A stretch of DNA of 25,220 nucleotides from a virus (Duplodnaviria > Caudoviricetes): positions 1 to 25,220 of the IMG/VR virus record IMGVR_UViG_3300020379_000575; one strand, given 5' to 3'. The notes below the pieces were generated by a model, which searched no databases, was not told the origin of the DNA, and saw only the letters and a program-made list of their open reading frames with translations. Positions 7,958-17,384 of the stretch are shown piece by piece. The position numbers and the translations under genes were made by a program. How positions within the stretch are numbered: the first letter of the stretch is position 1; every line of letters starts with the position of its first letter.

Positions 7958-10863
7958 TGGCAGAATATAAATACATATTAAAGACTATTGATCCCAAAAC
8001 ATTAGTAAAGACTGGGGAGATAGAAGAGGGTCAAAAAAAGCTAGTTGACTCTTTTTCTGTGAACTCTCTATTTGATTCTAATAAAAACGTAGCTAATCTT
8101 AAAATATTCTCTCTCAATGATGACTTACTATTTGAAGATGCAGATTATAGAGGTTATAGTTTAACCGGAGCAGGTGCAGGAGCAATAACTACCGGTTCTT
8201 CTATGTTAACTGTAGAGCCTTCTAAAGATATAGTTAAGTATGAGTTCGGTACCGGGGATGTAAAAGTTGTATACTCATTTACTGATGATATATTTTCTGA
8301 TACTAAAAAACCTATAAGACACTTTATCGAAAGTATTTCAGCAGATAGAACTGAAATAAGAGCTTTATCTAATGAACTTACAGATAAAGACTATTCAACA
8401 TTAATAAATGCGTTCAAAAAAGAAGTAGATACTAATAGCTTTCTACCTGATTTCTTTTTAAAGTTTCAAGATAACATAGAAGTAAAAGCAGTTAACATAA
8501 GTCAAGAAAAAACTGATAAAGGTACTGCTCTTTTACTTAAACTATATGAACCATTAAATGGAGCTGTTAATGCTAATAGTATATTTACGTTACAAGAAAT
8601 AATAGCAGATTCATTTGGATTTGAAGTAGAAGCAGAACTTATACCTTTAGAAGAAAAGTTTACAAAACTAAAAGGACCTAACTTTAACGTTGAGCTTGAT
8701 AGTGAAACTGCTACACCTACTGAATATTTAAACTATAATGAACTTTTTAGTTACCCTGTGACAGGTAGTAACTACGAACTCTTATCTTTATTTAATAAGT
8801 CTGGAGCTGAAATAAACATTCAATACGATGAATATTCAAACTATATTCATTTTTCATCTGCAGAAGAAAGATTAAGAAACTTTAAATATAAGTTAGATCT
8901 AGTAAAAAGTTATGAAAGTACAATAACTACTATTCGTCAATCAGGGTATATAAGTAATAATGCAAGTGGTAGTGCTGAATACTACGAAGGGTTGATAAAT
9001 GGAATAATAAGAAACTTTGATCATTATGACAGGCATTTATACTTCACTAGTGGTAGTACATCATGGCCTAAATCTAACTCATCTAAACCATATAATAACT
9101 ATGCAAGTAGTCATACCTCAGGATCTACTTGGTATAATAATCAACTGGTATTAGCAGAAGCTTACGATAATACAAACCCAGATAACCTTGACGGAACAGT
9201 CCCAATGTTCTTAAGAGAGGATTCTAATAACGAACCATACATGTTGTTCTTAAGCATGATTGGTCAACATTTTGATAATCTTTGGATATATTTTAAAGCA
9301 GTATCAGACAAGTATGATGCAGATAATAGATTAGATTTTGGGTTATCTAAAGACTTAGTTAAAGATGCGATAGAATCTTTCGGGGTTAAACTATATGAAA
9401 ATAATCAAACTACTGGTAACTTATTTTCTCTATTAATAGGAGAAACACCAGTAACAGGTAGTGAACTAATATCTGAAGTAGTTACTATACTATCTGGTTC
9501 AAGTAATGAAAATCTACAACCTACCGGTATAGATAACTATCAAAAAGAAGTTTATAAAAGAATATATCATAACTTACCATTACTTACAAAAGCTAAAGGT
9601 ACAGAAAGAGGTTTAAGAGCATTAATAAACTGTTTTGGTGTACCATCATCATTATTAGAAATAAGACAGTTTGGAGGAGCTGCTATTGATAGAACAAGAT
9701 ACTTAGGGCCTTATACACATACTACTTCTTCAATAGATAAAATAAGACTAGACTTAACAGGAAGTATTGCCACAGGTAGTACGTTATCTAGATATACATC
9801 TATAGTATCTGAAAAAGAAAAATATTCAGACGATATTCATACAGTTGAAGTAGGTTTCAACTATAATGATATGGCTGAGAACTTTGTTAAACTACACTTA
9901 ACAAGTTCATTTGATATAGATGACTTTATTGGCGACCCAGGAGATAGGTACAATACATCATATGATAAGCTAAATAGAATAGCTTCAATGATCACTAATG
10001 ATACTCCTTCATGGGAAGATTTAGTACTACTATGGAAAGATTGGGATAGTTTTTGGGAAGGAGATGATTTCTTTGCAGACCCAAGATCGTTTGTACATAT
10101 AATAAAGTACTTTGATAACTCCTTATTTAGAATGATAAAAGATTTTGTACCTGCAAGATCTAATGTAAATACCGGTATAGTAATACAGCCTCATTCTCTT
10201 AATAGAAGTAAAGCTAAACAAGTTGAAGTAAGTTGGGAAGAAAAACAATATACAAGCTCTATAGATGTTTCTGATATAACAGGTAGTAATGCAGGAGCGT
10301 TTGTAAGTGGTTCTACCACTAACTACGATTATATTTTAAAAGGAGCAGTAGGTCCTGTATCTAAGAGTATATCAGATGAAAGACACAAAATAGACGGTGA
10401 GTTTTCTGGTTCTAATCTTTTAGTAGTAAGCAATACTCCTGATATAAACAGAGATAACCCATTTAAGAAAACTGCGCAACCTATTGTTAAGTTTGACGTT
10501 ACTTTCTTTAATCTATCAGAACCTATACCTGCATCATGTAATATAACATTAGCAGCACAATACCTAGGAGATGTATTTAATATTTATGCTACAGGTTCAG
10601 AAGATGGGTTCATAGAGAAAACTTACCCTAATACTGTATCACAAACTAGCGGTTCATTTACGTTTGCTCACGATTATAACACATATGCGTTCTTTACACT
10701 TCAAGGAACATCAGCATATTATCCAGGTGGTACATTTGATGGTTGGTATACTAACCCAACTTCATCAGGAGATACTCATTTAATCACAACTAGTTCAGTA
10801 TTGAATATTTATTATAGTACTCAAACAGCATCTGGTTCTAACTATTATGCAAGATTTAGTTAA
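7957..10863 (+). CDS. Large baseplate wedge/tail protein (gp7 or P2 gpI-like core)
   Basis: 968 aa, GTG start overlapping TAG. Contains 'IYHNLPLLTKAKGTERGLRALINCFG' (KGT motif of baseplate wedge proteins) and 'FRMIKDFVPARS'. Confidence 0.65.
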   Translation: MAEYKYILKTIDPKTLVKTGEIEEGQKKLVDSFSVNSLFDSNKNVANLKIFSLNDDLLFEDADYRGYSLTGAGAGAITTGSSMLTVEPSKDIVKYEFGTGDVKVVYSFTDDIFSDTKKPIRHFIESISADRTEIRALSNELTDKDYSTLINAFKKEVDTNSFLPDFFLKFQDNIEVKAVNISQEKTDKGTALLLKLYEPLNGAVNANSIFTLQEIIADSFGFEVEAELIPLEEKFTKLKGPNFNVELDSETATPTEYLNYNELFSYPVTGSNYELLSLFNKSGAEINIQYDEYSNYIHFSSAEERLRNFKYKLDLVKSYESTITTIRQSGYISNNASGSAEYYEGLINGIIRNFDHYDRHLYFTSGSTSWPKSNSSKPYNNYASSHTSGSTWYNNQLVLAEAYDNTNPDNLDGTVPMFLREDSNNEPYMLFLSMIGQHFDNLWIYFKAVSDKYDADNRLDFGLSKDLVKDAIESFGVKLYENNQTTGNLFSLLIGETPVTGSELISEVVTILSGSSNENLQPTGIDNYQKEVYKRIYHNLPLLTKAKGTERGLRALINCFGVPSSLLEIRQFGGAAIDRTRYLGPYTHTTSSIDKIRLDLTGSIATGSTLSRYTSIVSEKEKYSDDIHTVEVGFNYNDMAENFVKLHLTSSFDIDDFIGDPGDRYNTSYDKLNRIASMITNDTPSWEDLVLLWKDWDSFWEGDDFFADPRSFVHIIKYFDNSLFRMIKDFVPARSNVNTGIVIQPHSLNRSKAKQVEVSWEEKQYTSSIDVSDITGSNAGAFVSGSTTNYDYILKGAVGPVSKSISDERHKIDGEFSGSNLLVVSNTPDINRDNPFKKTAQPIVKFDVTFFNLSEPIPASCNITLAAQYLGDVFNIYATGSEDGFIEKTYPNTVSQTSGSFTFAHDYNTYAFFTLQGTSAYYPGGTFDGWYTNPTSSGDTHLITTSSVLNIYYSTQTASGSNYYARFS

Positions 10864-10865
10864 AA

Positions 10866-11849
10866 ATGACACTACAAGAGTTTATAAAAGCAAATCCAAC
10901 TAGCTGGGGCACCGGTAACGCTAACTTATTAGTAAGTAGTAGCGTATCTGGTTCATACCCTTACATTGAATCATTTCCTCCGTATACAGTGAAAGGTATA
11001 TCTATTCCTTTTACAAGTAAAAACTCTAAATATATAGAACCAGCATTAAAAGAAGTAAATGAGTTTAGATTTAGTATACACAGCGGTACTATAGTAAAAT
11101 CTAAAGTATTAGGAAGACAAAAAAGAAATGGTTATTACTTTTTCTCTCTTACAGATTTTGTAATAAACTCACTCCCTACTACATTAGACTTTGATGATAA
11201 CCCAGAAGTTTTGAACTCTGAGTTTATTTTCGTACCTTATGTATCAGTATCATTTATAAATAATGATTATAATGTACTTCTAAGTAACTCTGCAAGAAGT
11301 AAGTTAAGTGATACTCACAGAGTAGTAGATAGAATAACAGCATTATCAGGTTCAGCAGATTTACCATCAAACTATAATGCTATCATATCACAATCAGCTG
11401 AAAGAGCTGAACTACAAAACTGTTCTTATACTAAAGTAGGATTTATATCAAGTAGGTATGAAGGAACTAGAACATCTAAAGCAGGTAACTTTTATGAGTT
11501 TAACGAAGATATATTTCAAAGCAAAGTTTTATCAAGAAGTATACCGGGTAATGACCCTGCATTAGCATTGAAAGAGTTTAAAGGAAGTATACATCCTAAT
11601 GATTCTTCTGATGCTACTATTAGAGCAATACAACTTTCAGATAGATCAGTAGAAAATATATTCTTTGACACTGTTTTATCAGGCTCACACCCTACCAAAG
11701 CATTTTCTAACTTCCCTATATCAAGTAGTTTTTTAGAAACAGAACAAGGTACAAGATTTGTAAGATCAGTAAATAGTAAGATCTATTCAGTAGATAAAGG
11801 TCAAATATACACAACTAACGAGCTCGGAGGAGTTATCGCAGTAACATAA
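10866..11849 (+). CDS. Hypothetical virion structural protein
   Basis: 327 aa, S/T/N-rich and beta-rich, within the tail operon. Confidence 0.65.
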   Translation: MTLQEFIKANPTSWGTGNANLLVSSSVSGSYPYIESFPPYTVKGISIPFTSKNSKYIEPALKEVNEFRFSIHSGTIVKSKVLGRQKRNGYYFFSLTDFVINSLPTTLDFDDNPEVLNSEFIFVPYVSVSFINNDYNVLLSNSARSKLSDTHRVVDRITALSGSADLPSNYNAIISQSAERAELQNCSYTKVGFISSRYEGTRTSKAGNFYEFNEDIFQSKVLSRSIPGNDPALALKEFKGSIHPNDSSDATIRAIQLSDRSVENIFFDTVLSGSHPTKAFSNFPISSSFLETEQGTRFVRSVNSKIYSVDKGQIYTTNELGGVIAVT

Positions 11850-11863
11850 ATGAAATACTAACA

Positions 11864-11871
11864 TATTTATA
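11864..11871 (+). promoter_or_regulatory. Putative late promoter TATTTATA
   Basis: The octamer sits in a 39-nt intergenic gap, 17 nt before ATG 11889. Confidence 0.6.
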
Positions 11872-11888
11872 TATAAACATAAACAAAA

Positions 11889-12545
11889 ATGGGATACTTA
11901 AATAATTCTATAATAACCGTTGATGCCATCCTGACTAAAAAAGGTAGAGAGCTTTTAGCAAGAGGTGACGGTTCATTCAAAATTACTCAGTTTGCCTTAT
12001 CGGATGATGAAATAGATTATACACTTTATAATCCCGTACATCCTTCAGGTTCAGCTCTCTATGGCGAAGCAATCGAAAACATGCCACTACTAGAAGCATT
12101 TCCTGATGAAACACAAATCATGAAGTATAAGCTCACTACTCTACCTAGAGGGACTTCAAAACTTCCAGTTTTAGATATAGGATATTCTTCCGTAACATTA
12201 AAACAAGGAGCATCATTAGCTATCTCACCTCAGACTCTTAACTATCAAGGGGCTACTTCAACATTTGAAGCCAATGGTTATACAGCTATAATAGCAGATG
12301 CAAGAGTACTTAACTCATATACTGGGGTAGGTATCAATACAGAAGAAGCAGAAAAACTTAACTCTACTACTACACTTGGTACTAACGTATCAAGAACAGT
12401 AATCGGAACCTCAATAAACTTAACTGCAACAACAGTTAATACTTTGTTTGGTACTAGAAATAGATTACAAACTACTATAACAGTAGTAGGTAGAGATTCA
12501 GGAGCAAGAATAACAGTACCAGTAACAATCACTAAAACTAACTAA
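11889..12545 (+). CDS. Structural protein resembling the N-terminal half of the tail-collar fibre domain
   Basis: 'AILTKKGRELLA...FKITQFALSD' resembles the LT..G...LA....I...A.GD start of P2 gpH-type tail-collar domains. Confidence 0.55.
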   Translation: MGYLNNSIITVDAILTKKGRELLARGDGSFKITQFALSDDEIDYTLYNPVHPSGSALYGEAIENMPLLEAFPDETQIMKYKLTTLPRGTSKLPVLDIGYSSVTLKQGASLAISPQTLNYQGATSTFEANGYTAIIADARVLNSYTGVGINTEEAEKLNSTTTLGTNVSRTVIGTSINLTATTVNTLFGTRNRLQTTITVVGRDSGARITVPVTITKTN

Positions 12546-12547
12546 CA

Positions 12548-13576
12548 ATGTCATATAAAAGATTCGATAAAGAAGATGTTGTAATAAGTGCAGAGTCGGT
12601 AACGGCTCCAGTTTGGACTGGTGACCTTGTTACTTTAAACTCTTTCTTTACATCGTCAACACAGATAGGTGGTGTATCAGGAGATTACTACTACAATATT
12701 TTTCAAACAGGTTCTGATTTAGCTAACTCAAGAGTACAGTATGCCATAGGGTATGCGGATAAGAAAGGTTCTGGTTCATTAAACTTTAATGTTAACGTAC
12801 CAGGAAAATCTCCTTCTTCCGTATTATACGGTCAATATAGAAATCTAGTCTTAGGAGACGAAGAAGCTGATTTTACTTTTGGTACTCAAACATCTGAATA
12901 CTTCTATGTTATATCAGTTGATAGAGCAAGATATAGAGAGAAACTTCTACCAGGTTCATTAGACCTTGTACTTAATCTATCAGGAAGTAATGGTTCAATA
13001 AGATTAACAGATAATAGTAAACTCATTACCACTACTACGTTTTCTGACTCAGGAAGAGTATACGAACTAATAAGTGGGTCTGTTGGTAACATATCACCTG
13101 GAGCTAAAAACTCTGACGGATTTACTAACGGTTCAGGATCATATGGTAAGTTTTTACCAGATATTGGAGTAATACTTATTAACGGAGTAGCACTAGATGC
13201 TTCTCTAGCCGCTGGTGGATTAGGAATGCAAATAAACAGACAGAATAATCCGGCTTCAGCTGAAAATACTAGAAGATTCTATGACCTAATAGCTAGGGAA
13301 CCTAACTTTAGACTACAATCAGAAGAAACTATTTCATCTAACTTTATATTTGTTAGAGCTAGAAATGCAGAGTTTAACTACTCTACCAACCCTTCTTTAA
13401 TAACTGGTTCAGGCGAAATACGTCATAACGTAATGATTAACTCACCACAGTCATTTATTACTGCTGTTGGTTTGTATAATGATAATAACGATTTGCTTGC
13501 AGTAGCTAAACTTTCAAGACCACTTCTAAAAGACTTTACTAAAGAAGCACTCGTTAGAATCAAGCTTGATTATTAA
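12548..13576 (+). CDS. Structural (baseplate/tail-collar-like) protein
   Basis: C-terminal 'FITAVGLYNDNNDLLAVAKLSRPLLK' resembles the tail-collar 'GLYD..G.LIAVA' motif. Confidence 0.6.
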   Translation: MSYKRFDKEDVVISAESVTAPVWTGDLVTLNSFFTSSTQIGGVSGDYYYNIFQTGSDLANSRVQYAIGYADKKGSGSLNFNVNVPGKSPSSVLYGQYRNLVLGDEEADFTFGTQTSEYFYVISVDRARYREKLLPGSLDLVLNLSGSNGSIRLTDNSKLITTTTFSDSGRVYELISGSVGNISPGAKNSDGFTNGSGSYGKFLPDIGVILINGVALDASLAAGGLGMQINRQNNPASAENTRRFYDLIAREPNFRLQSEETISSNFIFVRARNAEFNYSTNPSLITGSGEIRHNVMINSPQSFITAVGLYNDNNDLLAVAKLSRPLLKDFTKEALVRIKLDY

Positions 13577-13579
13577 TGA

Positions 13580-14602
13580 ATGAGTACCTACAAAAAACTA
13601 AACCGTCAAGATGTCTTTGTATCTGACTATGTAGCCAAAAAACAATGGGAGGTTACAGGTAGTCTATCTAACTATGATGTAGAAACATTAAGAGGCTTTT
13701 CTGGTTCAGTAATACCGGGTTATTATTATCCTTTAGATCTTCACAATGGTAGATACGAGTCATTAGTATTTGATAGTATAAATCATAACTTTTATGCCGA
13801 TAGAGTAGGTGACGGTATATTTTCTGGTTCAAGAGATTTATCATTACAGACATCATTAACATATAGCGGTTCAAGACATTTACAAACTGAAGTAGGAATA
13901 ATATCTTTTGGTAAGAATGTTTTTGGTACTCATATAGAACCTAATACAGTTAGTATAACTCCTTTACAAAGTGATGCAGATGCTTATATAGCTGCTGATT
14001 ATATGGGAAGAAAAGAAGATGGGTTAAATGATTATATAGATAGAGTTGGGTACTGGTACGATAGTAATCCTATAAGTACTGAAGATTATTTAGTATCGGA
14101 AAGTGTATACGTAGTAGAAACAGCAACAAATCAATACATAGATATAGATCGATCCCAACAGAGAATAGAGTTAATAGATGATGGAGATGGAAACTTAATC
14201 TACAGTGGTAGTGAAAAGAGTTATACAGATCCTAAAAAAATAGTCGGTGATGTTATTTATAATCAAGGACTAGCAATAATAACTGATCCTAACACAGCGA
14301 GATATTTAAGTACTTATAGTAGACATAAGTTGCGATGGAAATCAAATCAACCTATTTATACATATAATGTACACTGTAAGGTAAAAGATTCAGAAATGAA
14401 CTTTACATATAACCCTTCAGCGGTAACAGGATCAGATGGAGTAGTAGCATCAAATGTAACAGGTAGTGCTTTTTCTCCTTATATTACTACAATAGGATTG
14501 TATAACGATGCAAATCAACTTATTGCAGTAGCAAAAACAGGAAGACCTGTACCAAAAACGGTTAATACAGATATGACATTAGTCGTTAAAATAGATTTAT
14601 AA
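13580..14602 (+). CDS. Structural protein, paralogue of the preceding gene
   Basis: Similar N-terminus (MSTYKKLNRQDV vs MSYKRFDKEDV) and C-terminus 'YITTIGLYNDANQLIAVAKTGRPVPK...VVKIDL'. Confidence 0.6.
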   Translation: MSTYKKLNRQDVFVSDYVAKKQWEVTGSLSNYDVETLRGFSGSVIPGYYYPLDLHNGRYESLVFDSINHNFYADRVGDGIFSGSRDLSLQTSLTYSGSRHLQTEVGIISFGKNVFGTHIEPNTVSITPLQSDADAYIAADYMGRKEDGLNDYIDRVGYWYDSNPISTEDYLVSESVYVVETATNQYIDIDRSQQRIELIDDGDGNLIYSGSEKSYTDPKKIVGDVIYNQGLAIITDPNTARYLSTYSRHKLRWKSNQPIYTYNVHCKVKDSEMNFTYNPSAVTGSDGVVASNVTGSAFSPYITTIGLYNDANQLIAVAKTGRPVPKTVNTDMTLVVKIDL

Positions 14603-15240
14603 TGGCAATAACATTTAGAGCAAGTAAAGGACAAGCGTTAACATACGGTGAGATGGATACCAATCTTGGTAACTTCTTTTATTCTAGCTCAGTTTCAGAT
14701 AATGGGACAGTACTAAACCTACACTATACAGGTAGTTCAGCTGTACCCGTAACAAATCCTGCTCATCAAGTATCATTACTTAGAGGTCTCAATCCTGGAG
14801 CAGATAAAAGAATAGCTTTCTATACAGGAAGCAGCTCTATTACAACAGTTCAAGGATTCATAGTTGATCCTAGTGGAAGCGTAGGTATTAATGTTGATGA
14901 AACTAATGACCTACCTTTAACTTATAAACTTACAGTATCAGGTAGTGTAGGAGCTATTGGATCATTCAATCAAATATCAGACGAAAGATTAAAATCAGAT
15001 ATACAACCTATAGAAGGAGCTCTAGATAAAATATCAGATATTAGAGGAGTTAGTTTTGAAATGGGTGGTAAGAAAGATATTGGTGTAATAGCACAAGAAA
15101 TACAAAAAGTTCTTCCAGAAGTTGTTACTGAAGATAATAAAGGCTATCTTTCAGTAAGCTACGGTAACATCGTAGGTGTATTGATTGAAGCAGTAAAAGA
15201 GTTAAAAGCCGAAGTTGAAGAACTAAAAAAGAATAAGTAA
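14602..15240 (+). CDS. Short tail fibre protein with C-terminal peptidase S74 intramolecular chaperone
   Basis: 'SDERLKSDIQPI...IGVIAQEIQKVLPEVV...V.YGNIVGVLIEAVKEL'. N-terminal fibre anchor 'FRASKGQALTYGEMDTN'. Confidence 0.85.
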   Translation: MAITFRASKGQALTYGEMDTNLGNFFYSSSVSDNGTVLNLHYTGSSAVPVTNPAHQVSLLRGLNPGADKRIAFYTGSSSITTVQGFIVDPSGSVGINVDETNDLPLTYKLTVSGSVGAIGSFNQISDERLKSDIQPIEGALDKISDIRGVSFEMGGKKDIGVIAQEIQKVLPEVVTEDNKGYLSVSYGNIVGVLIEAVKELKAEVEELKKNK

Positions 15241-16865
15241 TGGCATTAACGTTTAGAGGCACAAAAGGATCACCATTAACTCATGACGAGTTAGATTTAA
15301 ACTTTAGAGAGTTTTTCTACTCTGCTTCTGTAGATGGAAATATTCTAGAGTTACATAGGTCTCAAAGTTTAGCTCAACCAGTTAAACTACCAATGCCAAG
15401 ATCTATAGGTAATGACGGCTATATACAACTTAAAGAAGGTAATGGACCTTCTGGGTCAGGAGAGTTTGTTACTGCATCTAAAGACTTTAAGTTCGATTAT
15501 ACTTCAAGTATATTATACGTTACAGGTACCTACAACCATAAAGGAAATGTAGATGTACAAGGTGATATGCTTGTAAACGGAGTACTGACTGCTCAACAAT
15601 ATAATGTATCATTAGTATCATCATCTGTATCTTATTCATCTGGATCAAATAAGTTCGGTGATTCAGCAGATGATTCTCATGACTTTATAGGTAGAGTATT
15701 AATAAATGGAAGCCACAGACTAACAGGATCAGCAACTCAGTTAGGTAACAATACATTAACTGGTAATCAAACTATTATAGGAAGTACTATCTTAACTGGT
15801 AATCTTAATCAAACTGGTAACTATAGTTTAACTGGTAGTTTAAATCAATCAGGTAGTGTTTCTATTGTAGGTAGTAGTACTCTTACAGGAACAGTAGATG
15901 CACAAGGTAAGAGTAGTAAAGTAAGGTTCCATTACGACAATACAGGTTCACTACCAAATGCAGGTACATACCACGGTATGTTTGCTCATACTCATGCTGA
16001 AGGTAAAGCATGGTATGCTCATGGAGGAGCTTGGGTAGAACTTGCTACATCAGCCTCAATCCAAAATACGTATTTAAAAAATACTACTGATATACTATCA
16101 GGATCTCTTACTGTATTAGATAATGTTAATGCAGGTTCTTTATTAAGTGATACTCATACCATAACTGGATCAGTAAACATTACAGGGTCTGTTACTGCAA
16201 CCCAGTTCACTGCTATAAACGGAGTAGGCACTCCTACATTAACTTCTGCAAATAATATTATACTTAGTGCTTCTAACGTAGTACAAGTTAAAGATGCTTT
16301 ATTAAGAGTTAACTCATTCGCTAATGCTTCAACAGGAAGCTTAACTGTAGCAGATGGAGACTTTTATTATAACACAGATCAACATTCATTCTTTGGAGTT
16401 GTAAGTGGTTCGCATATTGCTTTTGCATCAGCTGCAACCGGATCAGGTATTGCTAGTATAATAGAAGATACTTCACCTCAACTAGGAGGTACTTTAGATC
16501 TTAATACATATAACATAAGTGGTAGTGGTAGTATTAATATTGAAGGAGGCATTTCTGCCACAGGTGATATAACAGCTTATTATTCTTCAGATGAAAGATT
16601 GAAAGATAATGTTACTGTCATAGGAAGTGCTATAGAAAAAATAAATCAAATAGGAGGATATGAGTTTGATTGGAATAATGATTCTGAGCATAGCGGTCAC
16701 GATGTTGGTGTTATCGCTCAAGAAATCGAAAAAGTGCTGCCAGAAGTAGTAGTCGATAGAGATACCGGATACAAAGCAGTACGTTATGAAAAAATCGTCG
16801 CGTTATTGATACAAGCTATTAAAGAGCAGCAGTTACAAATCGATGAGCTAAAGTCAAAGCTCTAG
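15240..16865 (+). CDS. Tail fibre protein with C-terminal peptidase S74 intramolecular chaperone
   Basis: Anchor 'FRGTKGSPLTHDELDLNF', Gly-periodic repeats, 'DTSPQLGGTLDLN', and 'SSDERLKDNV...GVIAQEIEKVLPEVV...YEKIVALLIQAIKEQQ'. Confidence 0.9.
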   Translation: MALTFRGTKGSPLTHDELDLNFREFFYSASVDGNILELHRSQSLAQPVKLPMPRSIGNDGYIQLKEGNGPSGSGEFVTASKDFKFDYTSSILYVTGTYNHKGNVDVQGDMLVNGVLTAQQYNVSLVSSSVSYSSGSNKFGDSADDSHDFIGRVLINGSHRLTGSATQLGNNTLTGNQTIIGSTILTGNLNQTGNYSLTGSLNQSGSVSIVGSSTLTGTVDAQGKSSKVRFHYDNTGSLPNAGTYHGMFAHTHAEGKAWYAHGGAWVELATSASIQNTYLKNTTDILSGSLTVLDNVNAGSLLSDTHTITGSVNITGSVTATQFTAINGVGTPTLTSANNIILSASNVVQVKDALLRVNSFANASTGSLTVADGDFYYNTDQHSFFGVVSGSHIAFASAATGSGIASIIEDTSPQLGGTLDLNTYNISGSGSINIEGGISATGDITAYYSSDERLKDNVTVIGSAIEKINQIGGYEFDWNNDSEHSGHDVGVIAQEIEKVLPEVVVDRDTGYKAVRYEKIVALLIQAIKEQQLQIDELKSKL

Positions 16866-16883
16866 CGACAGAAACCAACTTAT

Positions 16884-17384
16884 ATGGATATGACATACCC
16901 TTCCTGGACATACCAGGGTAGGATCTTCAACGATATAACAGACTTCCCAGAAGGAACTTACGGATTTATTTATGAGGTTTTACATAAACCTTCCGGTATG
17001 AAGTACCTTGGTAAGAAAGTATTGCGATTCGAAAGGAATAAGAAGTTAGGGAAAAAAGCTTTGCAAGCTTTGAGAGAAGAAAGAAAAGCAAAAGGTATCG
17101 GAGGACGTACCCCACTTAAACAGAAAGTAATAACAGAATCTGATTGGAAAGATTATTACGGTTCACACCCAAAAATAATACAGCTTGTAAAAGACTCAGT
17201 TGATCTAAGAGGTGATTTTGAAAAGAGGATATTAGATTTTGTTCCTAATAAGAAGCTTCTCACGTATTATGAGTGTAAACACCTATTTATAAATGACGTC
17301 CTTGAGACATACAGTCATCAATATATTAATGATAACATCTTAGGGAAGTTTTATAGAAAAGATTTTAGCAATGAAACTAACTGA
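16884..17384 (+). CDS. GIY-YIG-like nuclease-fold protein of T4-like phages
   Basis: 'YGFIYEV...KYLGKK', 'ESDWKDYYGS', 'YYE' and 'YINDNILGKF'. The start could be ATG 16890. Confidence 0.6.
   Translation: MDMTYPSWTYQGRIFNDITDFPEGTYGFIYEVLHKPSGMKYLGKKVLRFERNKKLGKKALQALREERKAKGIGGRTPLKQKVITESDWKDYYGSHPKIIQLVKDSVDLRGDFEKRILDFVPNKKLLTYYECKHLFINDVLETYSHQYINDNILGKFYRKDFSNETN
17284..17291 (+). promoter_or_regulatory. Putative gene-internal late promoter TATTTATA
   Basis: The octamer lies about 80 nt upstream of ATG 17371, which starts the small-protein cluster. It has the same CTATTTATA context as the 1239 and 3920 sites. Confidence 0.4.

Noticed and set aside
16884-17384. Mobile homing endonuclease or intron
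   Set aside because: It is short, free-standing, has no evident C-terminal DNA-binding repeats and does not interrupt a gene. It looks like a conserved phage gene.
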